DNA of 64,000 nt from Eledone cirrhosa (taxonomy: Eukaryota). Shown here in pieces: positions 41,120 through 55,448 of this stretch (positions within the stretch are counted from its first letter, which is position 1; each line of letters opens with the position of its first letter). The stretch covers positions 440,510,001-440,574,000 of the forward strand of contig OZ024740.1 of assembly GCA_964016885.1 (NCBI GenBank), given 5' to 3'. Below the pieces are notes generated by a model. That model was not told the DNA's origin and searched no databases. It saw only the letters and a list, made by a program, of their open reading frames with translations. Both the position numbers and the translations under genes were made by a program.

Positions 41120-41470
41120 CAAATTGAACTGAGAGTAATCTGTGAACGCAGAAGTAAATATTTCGAGAAACGTTGCAACCGAACGAAAACAAGAAGACGA
41201 TATTTTGGTTCGTGAAGACGTTCCCTGGCAATGAACGGGAAAAAAGCGAGGATAATACGTGTTATGTGGACCGTGAAGAACAATTTCATGCAAAGACAAG
41301 ACCAAGTTTATGGTATAAATGGAGTCGTTAGACTAATATTCTATTTAACATAACAGAATGATTTCCATCCCCGGAGTTTAAGAATGATGTAAATAAAATT
41401 GAAAACGAAAATGACAGAGGTTATTAAAATAGTAAAAGTAAATAGTTAAGATTTAGGCCAGTACATACGT
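41120..41470 (-). mobile_element. Diverged copy of the 3' UTR of the 782-2480 PLE
   Basis: aacgcagaagt...aacgttgcaaccg...gacgttccctggcaatgaacggg matches about 860-1330. Confidence 0.65.
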
Positions 41471-41549
41471 ATGCCCCGACGGACATACACATACATACGC
41501 ACACACAAATACATACACACCCACCCACACAAACACACACACACACACA

Positions 41550-41598
<49 letters not shown>

Positions 41599-41889
41599 CC
41601 CCACACACACACACACACAACACACACACGAACGCACGCGCGAATGTATATACCCTATGCATTTCTACAGTATTTTCACCAAACTTAAGACATAGGTTAC
41701 TTATGTACTCCGGATGGTCATGGGCACTGTCATTTTTCCAGATATTGATTATAGGGCCCTCCGGCAGATAACCCCTTTAACCACTTTAACCACTTCAGCC
41801 ACTTTATATATATATAATGTCAATCATTGTAAGTTTGAACCTAACTGACATGCACAAACATATATATATGAATAAGATAATATATATAT

Positions 41890-42336
41890 CATCGGTTCCC
41901 AACCAGGGGACCATGGCCCACTAGTGGGCCATAGCTAGTTATTGGGGAGCCACGGGAATTAACTAAAAATCACAAAATTTCATACATAAAAAAGAAGAGT
42001 AGTTTCCTAACATAATTTTTATATTCAACTTTTTATCAACTTTCTACCTTTTCTAATTATGATTTCACTTCACTTGATAATTATTTAAATCTGGATATAA
42101 CAATTTATGTTTTAGTAAATAAACTTAGTAAAGAAACTTATTTTTATAACAGGATATATATTATTTATTTTAGTAAATTTTATAATAAATTTAAAAGGAT
42201 TTGATTGAAATAAAAAGACACGCCGAAATTATTTCTACATAAAAAAATTATATCAAAAATTTTAATTTTGGGGGTGGCCATACTGTTTTGCTATATCATT
42301 AAGGTGGAATTTATTATAAACGGTTGGGAACCGCTG
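41890..42336. mobile_element. hAT (Charlie-like) MITE
   Basis: TIRs CATCGGTTCCCAACC / GGTTGGGAACCGCTG, with 8-bp atatatat on both sides. Confidence 0.75.
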
Positions 42337-42369
42337 ATATATATGAATCGTAGTAGATTCAAATGTCAT

Positions 42370-42452
<83 letters not shown>

Positions 42453-43087
42453 GAGAGTGCGGTGGGGGTAGTTAGGTGCAACAGAAATGAAACATGGATT
42501 ACAGGTTGAAGTATAGTCTATAATCTAGACTATATTTAGATGAGAAACAAAAGGAGGATGTAGTTTATGGAACACCCAAATGATTTAGAAGTCGACCTTA
42601 AGTAGAAGCAATAACATTAAGAAAGACATGAACGAAACCGCAACACTTTGTTTCGAAAATGTTGAAAGTAGGTTTATAAGTATGAATTTTCAGCAGATTT
42701 TTATATCTGCCTAGTGGTAGGTGCTGGAGACGGTGGAGATCCTGCCCTTGGGTTCAATCCTGGTCAAGAGGTACATGCAATCTTTTTCAAGTTTTATTTT
42801 ACAACCTTTAGCAAAAAGAATTGTAAATGTTTACTGGGAACACTAGTCCCGACCAGGATCGAACTTCAGACCCGGAGGGATTTATTTGAGTATGGAAAAA
42901 AATTTAAGAAATTTCAAAGAAACGGTGTGAATAGAAACAATGTCACCTGTCACATGACACATTCTCTCTGTCTGTCTCTCTCTCTCTCTCTCTCCCTCTC
43001 ATAATTGCCTTCTCTCTCTCTCGCTCCCTCTCACTCTCTCTCTCTCTCTCTCACTATCTATCGCCCTCTCTCTCCCTCTCATAATTG

Positions 43088-43136
<49 letters not shown>

Positions 43137-43323
43137 ATCTCCCTCTCTCTCTCTCTCATAATTGCCTTCTCTCTCTCCTCCTCTCTCTCTCTCTCTCCCT
43201 CTCTCTCCCTCTCATAATTGCCTTCTCTCTCCCTCTTTTCTCACCTTATTTCCTCTATTTACTGTTACACTCTTCTCCCATTCTTTAGTATTTCTGACTT
43301 CACAGTTTTACCTACAGTCACTC

Positions 43324-43361
43324 CCCTAACCCTAACCCTAACCCTAACCCTAACCCTAACC
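43324..43361. repeat. Interstitial telomere-type repeat, about six (CCCTAA) units
   Basis: Direct reading. Confidence 0.85.
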
Positions 43362-43909
43362 TGTAAAAACAAAATGATTCCCAGAAAAGAAAAAAATATG
43401 GCGTCGATTGAACTTTTTTCTACTCTTTTTAGTGTTTCATCTGAGAACGAATATTAATTTTCTGTCCACGTAGAGATAAGTAAATGATAGCTATTTATCG
43501 TGTCTACAAACAAGGACTCACTGGTTAGGGTGCTCACCTGTTTCTCTTCAAATATTGTTTCATCATCATATCATCTGAATTATATTTCAATGTAAACCTT
43601 AAAGGTAACCGTCGAAATCTGTTTCAAATTATATTTACTATTCTGTAGTATTCTTTCTTTTTCTTTTCTACCTCTTCTACTATCTGTAGACACAGTTCAG
43701 TATTTTGATACCTCATCTCTATGAATAATAAACAATTAATAAATATAAACTAATGTTTTTTTTCAGATTATGTATAAATATTGTTGTTTAAGAAACTTTA
43801 AATAGAAATGTAGAGATATGTTGTGTCCCAAGTTGGAAGTATTCTGTAATATTTAAATGTTTTGGTTTTTTTTACATGGTAAGTTAATTCAAACCTTTGT
43901 TCTTATCAT

Positions 43910-44099
43910 AATTGTTTCTATGTTTGGCCCAGGGCCAGCAATTACTCAGTACATTACTAGTACTTTATTTTATCGACCCCCGTAAGGATGAAAGCCAAAG
44001 TTAACCTCGGCGGGATTTGAACTCAGAATGTAAAGAGATCTAACTATGCTCTCAAAGCATGGTATCCGACCCTCTATCGATACTGCCAATCTACCACCT
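43910..44099 (-). mobile_element. SINE copy
   Basis: Same central domain and B-box as 10086-10276. Confidence 0.75.
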
Positions 44100-45009
44100 T
44101 GTTCTGTGACAATAAGCAGTCATTTTGGCTGTTGTTCGGCGATGTAACCAGCTACGTATTAGATTGTCTTTCTTGCACAACAGGTGTTGATTTCATTAAA
44201 GAGACCTAAGGTTTCGTTGGATCAATCTTATTCACAAAGCGATGAACCTAATTTCAGTGAATATATATTCAAAATACGACACAGTGTTTACAGACACTGG
44301 CCGATAGATATAGCTTAAAAATGATGAATAAGTGACCAGTCTTGCATTGGTAGCACAGCCCTCTGGCAGGTGGGAGTTCGAGTCCCGTATCTGATATAGT
44401 CGTTTTATTTCCTCTTTAAGCAGTTTACTTAAAGCTAACATATAGTCAAAATATTTGATGTTTTGGATGTATACACTAGCTAACGATATATGAACTTCTA
44501 AAATACATAAACATGCTTTTCAAAATACTGTCCTGTCTTTTCTTGGCATTGTTTAGTGTTCACCGGCTCTAAAATTTCATGTAACGGCCCTTAATGTCCC
44601 TTTATTATTTACTGTCCATAACATTTGTAAAAGGAGGGAGCATTTACACCCCTATCCCCTTAAAAAAACACGGCTACATAATGGTGCAGACGTTGGAAAC
44701 GTGAATTAATCAGTCTATTTATCCATAGTGTAATACACACAACAGCGTCTGTCGATAATTTCAAATAGAAAATATACCTTTCAATAAATCTACAAAGTTA
44801 GCCTCACTATGGGAAACAAACAAAATGGTTATATCAGAGTTGTTATCTCCCTTTGAACAGAAAATGTTTACTATTCTTAAGTCTTCATCAGTAACAGATG
44901 ATATCTTCAGTACAGGGAAAATTTAATATTGTATTACTATGTATAGTATATATACACACTGGATTTTAAACTAGTATATATATTTGGAACTTAAACTAGT
45001 ATGTATATA

Positions 45010-45216
45010 GGTTTCTAATTTAGTTACAAAGCCAGTAAATTTAGGGGAATGTAGCATTAATCAAATTAATCCCATTACGTCACTGGTATTTTATATATTC
45101 GACCTTGGAAGGATAAACGGCGAAGTTGGCCGAGACGGAAGTGAGACTCAGACTGTAAAAAGCCAAAACAAAGTCATTTTAACCGACGCTCTACCAATTA
45201 TGCTAATGCACCACCC
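45010..45216 (-). mobile_element. Diverged SINE copy
   Basis: ctggtattttatatattcgacc...ggataaacggcgaagtt. Confidence 0.55.
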
Positions 45217-45609
45217 TTTAAAACAAGAATGTGTATTAAAAAGTACAACTTACATTTCAAATTAGCCAACAACTCTCTGTTTTCTAATATAAATTAATTC
45301 ACATTGTCCGCCTACACACTGTATATTAGAAGGCCTGGCTCAATTCAGTCCAACTTTAGTCTATAAATAATTATAAAACAATCTCCCCTCGAGGTAAAGG
45401 GTTATTGTTACTGTGATGAAACTCTGGGAAATGTAGAAACTAGTTATATCGATCCTATATCTTCTCCCCACTTACAGTTGAAATCTGTGCTGCAACCATT
45501 TCGTTTACTTTTCACAGCAGGACTAAAACTGTATGGTTATTACAAGGTACACCATACATTTTAAATGTGTATATACGCTTGCGCCTAATGATTGTTATTG
45601 TGTTGATGT

Positions 45610-45646
<37 letters not shown>

Positions 45647-45652
<6 letters not shown>

Positions 45653-45893
45653 ATACTTGGGGAGGGTCATATTTGTGTAATATTGCCAGAATTAATAACA
45701 GAACACACTCACTCTTTGGTTGGTTTTCGCTTCTCGCTGTCTTTTATATCTGCGATCTAACTTAATCGGTCCTCAATGTTGCTATTGACTGACCGACGGT
45801 CAAAAATAATACAGATACAATATAGACACAAACACATATATATAGTTTACATAAATCTTTCGTTGCACATCTGCAACATCGTCAGTGGTGTTA

Positions 45894-45930
<37 letters not shown>

Positions 45931-46873
45931 GTTATATTTTTTCCTCCTGTTGTGTTGTATGTCTACGCCTTTTTTATTCAGTCTGTCTATATATTTATTT
46001 ATTTATTTGCTTGTTTGTTTATTTTATTTTGTCTTTGCGCATGCGTTTGCGTGTGTGTACAGTGTTGTGTGTGCTGTGTGACTAGTGTGTATAGTGTTGT
46101 GTCTGCTGGGTGACTAGTGTGTGTTTATGTGCTTGTTGTTATTGTGCTTGTGTATGTATTTATTTATCTTATTTTATTTTATTTTATTTTATTTTATTTT
46201 ATTTTATTTATACTTCCCTTAGGTCAGTGTTGTTTGTAAATAAATAAATAAATAAATAAATAAAATAAAATAAAATAAAATAAAATAAGATAAATAAATA
46301 CATACACAAGCACAATAACAACAAGCACATAAACACACACTAGTCACCCAGCAGACACAACACTATACACACTAGTCACACAGCACACACAACATTGTAC
46401 ACACGCAAACGCATGCGCAAAGAAGACAAAATAAAATAAACAAACAAGCAAATAATAAATAAAGATATAGACAGACTGAATAAAAAATGGCGTAGACATA
46501 CAACACAACAGGAGGAAAAAATATAACAAAAAAAAAAATAAATAAAAAATAAAATAAAATATAACACCACTGACGATGTTGCAGATGTGCAACGAAAGAT
46601 TTATGTAAATTATGTAAACTATATATATGTGTTTGTGTCTATATTGTATTTGTATTATTTTTGACCGTCGGTCAGTCAATGGCAACATTGAGGACCGATT
46701 AAGTTAGATCGCAGATATAAAAGACAGCGAGAAGCGAAAACCAACCAAAGAGTGAGTGTGTTCTGTTATTAATTCTGGCAATATTACACAAATATGACCC
46801 TCCCCAAGTATAACAATATTTGTTTCGACACACGATTTCATATAAAAAACCTCGCTAAACTAATTCATCGCCG

Positions 46874-46875
<2 letters not shown>
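45647..46875. mobile_element. Fold-back of two PLE 3' UTRs (same family as 2495-3946), arms of about 570 bp
   Basis: About 45647-46235 versus about 46240-46818 inverted, with HHRs in both arms. Confidence 0.9.
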
Positions 46876-46947
<72 letters not shown>

Positions 46948-47181
46948 CCATATATATTTATATGTATATATATGTATATATATATATAGTTATGTAATAA
47001 ACAACATAAGGCAATTATTTCATTTACCAGTGGTTTCTTGAAAGCAAACAAATTTTGCTTTCAATCATCAGAATGAAAAAATCCTGGTGTATTTATTGAC
47101 ACTGGATTTTAAAAACAAAAATATAATCTATATGAAAGTGAGGCTGGAAAAGGAAGAAGGAAAGGAAAAATAAACATACAT

Positions 47182-47256
<75 letters not shown>

Positions 47257-47308
47257 TACATACACACACATATATACATACACATATATATATACATACA
47301 TACACATA

Positions 47309-48697
47309 CATCATCATCATCATCATCATCACCGTTTTACGTCCGTTCTTCCACGCTAGCATGGGTTAGACGGGTTGTCCTGTTGTGGGCAGTGTCTCGT
47401 CGGCTGACCAAGCCTTGCTCATACAGGAACTGATTTGGCTTGATTTCTACAGCTGGATGCCCTTCCTAAAACCAACTTCATTTACAGTGAGTGCTGGGTG
47501 CTTTTTCTTGACGCCTTACACGTCCATTTTACAGTGTGGGCTGGGTGCTTTTTTGCTGTGGCACCTCCATGACCACCTTGCAGTGGGAGGATGTGGGGGC
47601 ATATTGTCTATATGCTTCAGCTTGTACCCATGGGAGGTCAGGTACTCTGTATTACTGCGTGACGCCAGAGGTCACGGTCGTGTGTCATCGCCTTTGAGAG
47701 GTGTAATTGGGTAAGGTCGGTTTTTATCACCTCATCCCAGGTCATCTTGGGTCTCCCCACTCCGCGGTTTCCATCGACTTCTAGTGCTCTGCACCTTTTT
47801 ATGCAGCTGTCATCCTTCACACGCATCACATGTCCATACCAACGTAACCGCCTCTCCTGCACACAGCATTTGATTCCTCTTATGCTCAGTCTCTCTCTCA
47901 ATTCATTTATGCTTTGTCGTTCGCGTATATTACTGTTACACCTCTATCGGAGCATGCAGGCTTCGTTTCTCTCTAATCTACGTAAGTCTTCCACCTTCAG
48001 CGCCCAGGTCTCACTACCATGTAACATTGCTGTTCGGATACACGCATCATACAGTCTGCTTTTCATTTTGAGGGAGAAGCCCTTTGTAGTTAGCAGTGGC
48101 AGTAGTTCCCTGAACTTCTTCCATCCCGTTCTTACCCTAGTTATTGTACTTTCTGAACACCCACCTCCGCTGCTAATTTGGTCACGTAGGTAGCAGAAGC
48201 TGTCTACTATTTCTACAGAGCCCTCCCAGAGATTGGTGGTACTTGTTTCCTGTGGCTGTTTGCTGCTTGCTGTCCCAGTAGAGTTGCTGCATGTGAAGCC
48301 TACATTCTTAATTAAGCTTCTTGAGATCCCGCTACATCTCTTGTGTACCCATTGTTTGCATTTGGGGCAGAGAATGGAGTTCCTACCTACACCTTTCCTA
48401 CTGAGCAAGGCCATTTCCCTGAGGGGATCTGGGTTCTGTTTTCTCGTCTACTTACAAGATCCTTAGTCTTTGTCATGTTGACTTTGAGACCCTTTCTTTC
48501 TAGTCCCTGCTTCCAAGTTTGGAATTTCTTCTCTAGTTCTACCATAGATTCAGCTATGAGTGCGAGGTCATCAGCATACAGGAGTTCCCATGGGCATCCG
48601 GTCTTAAACTCCTCCGTTATTACCTGCAGGACTATGATGAACAGGAGAGGGCTAAGAACAGAGCCCTAGTGGACCCCAACCTGTACGCTAAATTCCT
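47309..48697 (-). mobile_element. RTE (BovB-like) LINE, 5'-truncated, degenerate RT ORF, (GAT)n tail
   Basis: GSVLSPLLFII...WELLYADDL...GRNSILCPKCKQWVHKRCSG...MLHGSETW...RRLRWYGHVMR...GRPKMTW, with (cat)n at 47309-47331. Confidence 0.9.
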
Positions 48698-48801
48698 ATA
48701 TATATACATACACATACATATACATATACATACATACACACATATATATCAACATATCTATACATACACATACACACAAATACACAAACACACACACACA
48801 C

Positions 48802-48854
<53 letters not shown>

Positions 48855-49148
48855 CACACACACAATCATACATATATACACATATATATACACACACATA
48901 CATGCAAACATATATACACGCATACATACGCATGCACAAATATAGATATATGTACACACACCTACATACGCACACACACAAATAATTATAAGAAAAAATA
49001 TAATAATAAAAATACCGTCACATAAGAATAAAAAATAAATGTAAAAATTATTATAAAGTTGACAGCGATACAGGCAACAAATAAATGAACAAACACACGT
49101 GGTAAGCAATACACACAATTACACATACACATACATACATAAAAATAA

Positions 49149-49184
<36 letters not shown>

Positions 49185-49258
49185 ATACATATACATATAC
49201 ACATACATACACATACACATATACATACACACATACACATATACATACACACACAGAC

Positions 49259-49321
<63 letters not shown>

Positions 49322-49446
49322 CATACATATACACAAACACATACATACAAATACATACACACACATATATGAATGTGTGTGAAACTCATTCTTAGATGTA
49401 TTCATATGAATCTTGTTTAACTCTTAAATATATATATATAGAGAGA

Positions 49447-50372
49447 GAATTCACAGGAATCAAAGCTATGTTCAAAGCATTTATTCGCTTACAATTGTTT
49501 CATCCAAACCGAGGGTTGGATTCTTCGGACCATTTTACAATGTTTGTACACATACATGACCTCCTTTCCAACGCAAGAGACATACAGATACATATGTATA
49601 TATTGATGTACAGTGGGGTGACATATATTATATTATTTCTGAATGACAATTTAAATTCAAAAGCTAAATCACATTAAAACAGAATCAAAGCAAAATTAAA
49701 ATTAAATTACAACATCAATGCAAAATTAAAATATAATCGGCAGTTAACGTAGATAATGCAAGATTATAGTTTGTTAGTCAGTTGTAGTAGTTATTGTATG
49801 CATTAGTTACACGTGGGGCATGCACGTGTGTCTTATTTATATATGATTATTGTGCGGCATACAATAACTACTACAACTGACTAACAAACTATCCTCTTGC
49901 ATTATCTCGTTAACTGCCGATTATATTTTAATTTTGCATTGATGTATTTTAATTTTGATTTTGCTTTGATTCTGTTTTAATGTGATTTAGTTTTTGAATT
50001 TAAATTGCCATTCAGAAATAATATAATATATGTCACCCCACTGTACATCAATATATACATATGTATCTGTATGTCTCTTGCGTTGGAAAGGGGATCATGT
50101 ATGTGTACAAACATTGAAAAATGCTCCGAAGACCACAAGCCTCGGTTTGGATGAAACAATTGTAAGCGAATAAATGCTTTGAACATAGCTTTGATTCCTG
50201 TGAATTCTATACAACTGCTCTGTAGAAAAAATGATGTTATTACATTGAGCTATTTATCTTACTGGTAATAAGGTAGTAATAAATTATTGACTTTCACTGT
50301 TTAGGGTTTAAAATATATATAACTATAAAGAGTTTTAGTATATACATAACCATAAATAGTATCCTTAATACT
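49447..50372. mobile_element. Fold-back of a PLE 3' end (relative of 50391-54490), arms about 49447-49800 / 49858-50207 plus tail
   Basis: Inverted arms, HHRs at 49486-49532 (-) and 50122-50168 (+), and a tail homologous to 54330-54490. Confidence 0.85.
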
Positions 50373-51453
50373 ATATACATATATATATATATATGAAATA
50401 TAAGAATCAAAGAACTGTTCAAAACATTATTGTGCTTACAGCTGTTTCCTCCAAACCGAGGTTTGGATTCTTCGGAGCAATTTATTAATGCATGGACAGT
50501 TATATGACCTCCTTTTCAGCCGAGAGACATACCGATACATATTCAAACATTGATACATATTCAAACATTGTGGGTCAACATTCATTACAGAATTTAGAGT
50601 GGCAGTACACACTTCGAGATTACATTTATATTAAGAGGTACAATCAAAAATCAAAATACAGGTTAAAATATAGGTTAAAATACAACATGAAGATAAGTGG
50701 TTATATAGTGCAAATGTTATATGTGTGGCACGCATGTGTGTCTTGTTTATATAGTGTGGCAGAGAGATATGTGTGGTAGAGGCACTTAGGTAGGTAAGCA
50801 AGAGTGTTAGGTTGGTAGATCTGGTGGCAAATTCTTTATATGATTGATATAGTCTGTGTGTGGAAAAATATTATAAGCATTAAAAATAGTGCAAGCATTA
50901 AAAGTGTTAAAAGTATTGGAGATGCACAGCGCAGGGAAGTCAAGTATTTCATGTACTTCGGCATTTTCATGGTCAGGGGAGTGTATTTATCGATTATATG
51001 CCTTTCACATAATCCACGACAATCCAGTTAGAGATCGTAGTCTGGTGTTCTTTAGTTCAATACAGGAGGCTGTTCCGTTTCGAGAAACGCCATTGAATAC
51101 TGCCCGGAAGTGTGTGTGTGGCTAAGGGGAGTTAATGCATGCGGGGAGGTAACTCTGGGGTTTCTATACCTAGCTATTAAAATGTGTCCCAATATAGACC
51201 TTAATTTCTATGGTGATGCGCATCCTCCAAGAGAAATTTTTAAAGCATAAAGTGTATTAACTATAGAGTAGTTTAATTAAGTTATGCTGAAGGTGATCAT
51301 ATTATTATGGTGGATTAACCCATCGTAAGGTGCCACAAATGGAAATTATAGATGATGAGCGAGGATTCCAAATAATGATCTCTGTGGTCGTAGTCTACTC
51401 ATATTCTACTTATAGAATATAAAAAATTTAATATAGAAAGAACTAGAAAGCAA

Positions 51454-52788
51454 TTGCATAAGACATTCAAAAACTTTAACCTTAGTATCACCATGGACAA
51501 AAACACTAAAAATGTTAACTTCCTAGACGCCACACTATACCTAGACTCAAAAATATATACACCTTTCCATAAGCCTAACGAGAAACTTATTTACGTAGAT
51601 ACCAAGTCTAATCACCCTAGATCAATATTAAACTCTATCTCTAAGGGGGTGCCCAATAGAATCTCTAGACTGTGCTATGACGCAAACATATTTAGCAAAA
51701 ACTCACAATACTACAATCAAGCATTAGCTAGCTCCGGCCATAATATAGAAATTGAGTTCCTACCTAAGAAAACACATAGCTACAACATCATCTCGCACAA
51801 CATGTCCATGAGGAAACATAATAATAGGAATAGCAACCACAAGCGCACCAAAGTGGAGGGTGCCACCGGAAGTAACCATTACCATGGAAACTACTGTGGG
51901 GCCTTAGGAGGAAGCAACACACCAAACACTAAAAGCAAAAATAGAAGAAGAAATAATACATTTTTCAACCCTCCTTTCAACCTAAATGTCTCCACCAACA
52001 TACCTAGGGCTTTCTTCTCACTACTAGATCAAAACTTCCCTCTAGGACACAAGTACCACAACCTCTTAAACAAAAACACTATTAAAATCTCATACTCTAC
52101 GACGCCTAACTTAGCATACCACATAGCTAGCAGCAATAATAGTAAAATTAGTTCTTACTTCCAACAAACAAAATCACAACGGGATGCAAACCCTCTAAAT
52201 ACCACTGTAGCAAGCAACCATAGCAACGGCAGTAACAATAGAAATAACACTAGTATAAGTAATAACACCAGGGTTGTCAATCCGAACACCCAAAATCCTA
52301 TAGCTACCACACAGACCTCCACACTGCATTATAACCAGCGGACTAACGCACAGGATAATTGTAACTGTAGAGGTAATAGAACCTGCCCTTTAGATAAAAA
52401 ATGCCTAACCAAGGATATCATATACTCATGCACCGTCACAACTAGCAACTCTTCAGAAACCTATGTAGGCTCCACTTCTAACTGCTTCAAAATCAGATAT
52501 AATTTGCACATCCACTCGTTCAAAAAGCACAGCCTAGCAAACTCCACCTCACTTTCTAGCTACATACACTATCTAAAATCTAAAAATAAACCATACACAC
52601 TCAAATGGGAGGTGATAGGCAGCGCGACCTCGTACAAACCACCTAATAAATTTTGTAACCTCTGTATACTAGAGACACACAATATTATCTTCTCCAACCG
52701 TAACCTACTTAACAAAAAATCTGAGGTGTTTGCAACTTGCCAGCACCGCTTCAGACATTCCTTCCAAAACTTTAAGCCCAATATATAG
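51454..52788 (+). CDS. PLE polyprotein C-terminal 444 aa (RT motifs 6-7/thumb, Asn-rich linker, CNC..CPL..C, GIY-YIG), 5'-truncated
   Basis: VNFLDATL, FHKPN, SNHP, FFNPPFN, CNCRGNRTCPLDKKCL, IIYSCTV, TYVGST, FKIRYNLHIHSF, CNLCILE. Confidence 0.9.
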   Translation: MHKTFKNFNLSITMDKNTKNVNFLDATLYLDSKIYTPFHKPNEKLIYVDTKSNHPRSILNSISKGVPNRISRLCYDANIFSKNSQYYNQALASSGHNIEIEFLPKKTHSYNIISHNMSMRKHNNRNSNHKRTKVEGATGSNHYHGNYCGALGGSNTPNTKSKNRRRNNTFFNPPFNLNVSTNIPRAFFSLLDQNFPLGHKYHNLLNKNTIKISYSTTPNLAYHIASSNNSKISSYFQQTKSQRDANPLNTTVASNHSNGSNNRNNTSISNNTRVVNPNTQNPIATTQTSTLHYNQRTNAQDNCNCRGNRTCPLDKKCLTKDIIYSCTVTTSNSSETYVGSTSNCFKIRYNLHIHSFKKHSLANSTSLSSYIHYLKSKNKPYTLKWEVIGSATSYKPPNKFCNLCILETHNIIFSNRNLLNKKSEVFATCQHRFRHSFQNFKPNI

Positions 52789-54240
52789 CAATGTCGGACT
52801 GGAACCTAACACCACATCTAGCATCAAACACCAGAGACACACCTTATACTACATACCCAACACTAACTGATCTATTATAACACAAACAACGACATCCCTC
52901 CGGAACCCTTCGCAGGGAGAATACCCATTTATACCTCTACGTCAGGTGTGACAACATCCACCCACTTGAACGGCACTACACCGCTCTAAGGGTAATTTGA
53001 GCATGAATTGATCGGTTGGATAGTGTTGTGCAGAGGAAACACCTTCCTTAGACAAATGAAAACTGTTTTAATCTAGTAACGCTGTTGACCAGTAGGACCG
53101 GGCTGCTGAGCGCAGTGAGTGAATGCATTGCAACAGCCGCGCGGGTTGTACATATATGGATGATCTGACAGTCAGAGAGGGGTCGCGAGGACTGCGGATT
53201 GACCTCTGGCCGGCCTGGGGATGATTATCTCTCGACATCCAATGTAGCAAGCGATGACCCAGATCTTACCAGAGATCATTGGGTCCTGAAGCAATCCTGC
53301 AATCACCGCGCCTGGTCCTATGAGTAGACTACGACCACAGAGATCATTATTTGGAATCCTCGCTCATCATCTATAATTTCCATTTGTGGCACCTTACGAT
53401 GGGTTAATCCACCATAATAATATGATCACCTTCAGCATAACTTAATTAAACTACTCTATAGTTAATACACTTTATGCTTTAAAAATTTCTCTTGGAGGAT
53501 GCGCATCACCATAGAAATTAAGGTCTATATTGGGACACATTTTAATAGCTAGGTATAGAAACCCCAGAGTTACCTCCCCGCATGCATTAACTCCCCTTAG
53601 CCACACACACACTTCCGGGCGGTATTCAATGGCGTTTCTCGAAACGGAACAGCCTCCTGTATTGAACTAAAGAACACCAGACTACGATCTCTAACTGGAT
53701 TGTCGTGGATTATGTGAAGGGCATATAATCGATAAATACACTCCCCTGACCATGAAAATGCCGAAGTACATGAAATACTTGACTTCCCTGCGCTGTGCAT
53801 CTCCAATACTTTTAACACTTTTAATGCTTGCACTATTTTTAATGCTTATAATATTTTTCCACACACAGACTATATCAATCATATAAAGAATTTGCCACCA
53901 GATCTACCAACCTAACACTCTTGCTTACCTACCTAAGTGCCTCTACCACACATATCTCTCTGCCACACTATATAAACAAGACACACATGCGTGCCACATA
54001 TAACATTTGAAATATATAACCGCTTATCTTCATGTTGTATTTTAACCTATATTTTAGCCTGTATTTTGATTTTTGATTGTACCTCTTAATATAAATGTAA
54101 TCTCGAAGTGTGTACTGCCACTCTAAATTCTGTAATGAATGTTGACCCACAATGTTTGAATATGTATCAATGTTTGAATATGTATCGGTATGTCTCTCGG
54201 CTGAAAAGGAGGTCATATAACTGTCCATGCATTAATAAAT

Positions 54241-54287
54241 TGCTCCGAAGAATCCAAACCTCGGTTTGGAGGAAACAGCTGTAAGCA
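54241..54287 (+). ncRNA. HHR (CCGAAGA core), palindromic stem III
   Basis: TGCT CCGAAGA a TCCAAACC tc GGTTTGGA g GAAA CAGCTG TA AGCA. Confidence 0.75.
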
Positions 54288-54487
54288 CAATAATGTTTTG
54301 AACAGTTCTTTGATTCTTATATTTCATATAACTGCTCTGTAAATCATGTGATGTTTTTACATTGAGCTACTTAACTTACTGGTAATAAGGTAGTAATACA
54401 TTACTGCCTATCACTATTTGGGTGTGTGTAAAATACTTATAACTGCATAAGGTTTTGTATTTACATAACCATAAATAGTATAACTAA

Positions 54488-54553
<66 letters not shown>

Positions 54554-54961
54554 CTCATATTATATATGTATATTCCATTCATGAATATTAATATTTCTAA
54601 TTATATTTATTCATTTCATCTCAATTGTTAACTTAGCTTAATATGACATGACTTAAGGTTTTCGTTCTCTCCCTCTCTCTCTATCTCTATATTTCTCTCT
54701 CTCTCGATTTTTTTGTCTCTGTCTGGTGTTTTGATATCTCTCTCTCGTTTTTCTTTTATTTCTTTTTTTCTTTTTCTTTCTTTTCTTTATTTCTCCCTTT
54801 TCTCTCTTTCCGCTTTTCTCTCTCTCCGTCTTTTTCCTTCTCCGTAACACAACGACTTACTAATATAAGTAAACAAATCCACTATCCCGATGTCTTCCAA
54901 AAGTAACGGTTGCAATTTGAAAGGGTATGTCAATATTTATTTATAAAACTGGTATATATTG

Positions 54962-55026
54962 TATTTTGTCTGATGAAAGCGTACCATAATTTAACATGGT
55001 ATCCTTGAAATATGTATAATAAAATA
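54962..55026 (+). ncRNA. Canonical-core HHR (family of 34935)
   Basis: TATTTTGT CTGATGA AAG c GTACCAT...ATGGTAT c CTT GAAA TATGTA TA ATAAAATA. Confidence 0.8.
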
Positions 55027-55065
55027 GATATGGTTTTATAAATATAGTATCCATTTGTTAATATC

Positions 55066-55120
<55 letters not shown>

Positions 55121-55374
55121 TATGCATACATATATATATATATATATACATATACACACACACACACACACATACACACACATATATATATAAGAAATTA
55201 CATAAATATTATATATATATAAAAATAAAAAGTTGGGAATACGACAAATAATAAATAAATAAATAATTAAAAAAGGGTATAAGTGTTTATAACTGATTTA
55301 GAGCACTCAACAAGTTCCTGGAGCAAATGATCAATGAAAATAAGCATTAAATCACTGTATGTAATTATGCATAT

Positions 55375-55448
<74 letters not shown>

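Larger units (their letters stand above)
50391..54490 (+). mobile_element. Young 5'-truncated PLE with inverted arms of about 1.01 kb (50391-51403 / 53319-54330)
   Basis: Near-identical inverted arms flank the ORF. HHRs at 50433-50479 (-) and 54241-54287 (+), (TA)n flanks. Confidence 0.9.

Noticed and set aside
44340-44395. tRNA-like A/B boxes (also about 42710-42768)
   Set aside because: No complete cloverleaf. These are more likely decayed SINE heads than tRNA genes.
50492-51125. Duplicated small ORFs mirrored at 53597-54228
   Set aside because: These are antisense readings of the PLE 3' UTR inverted arms, with no coding signature.
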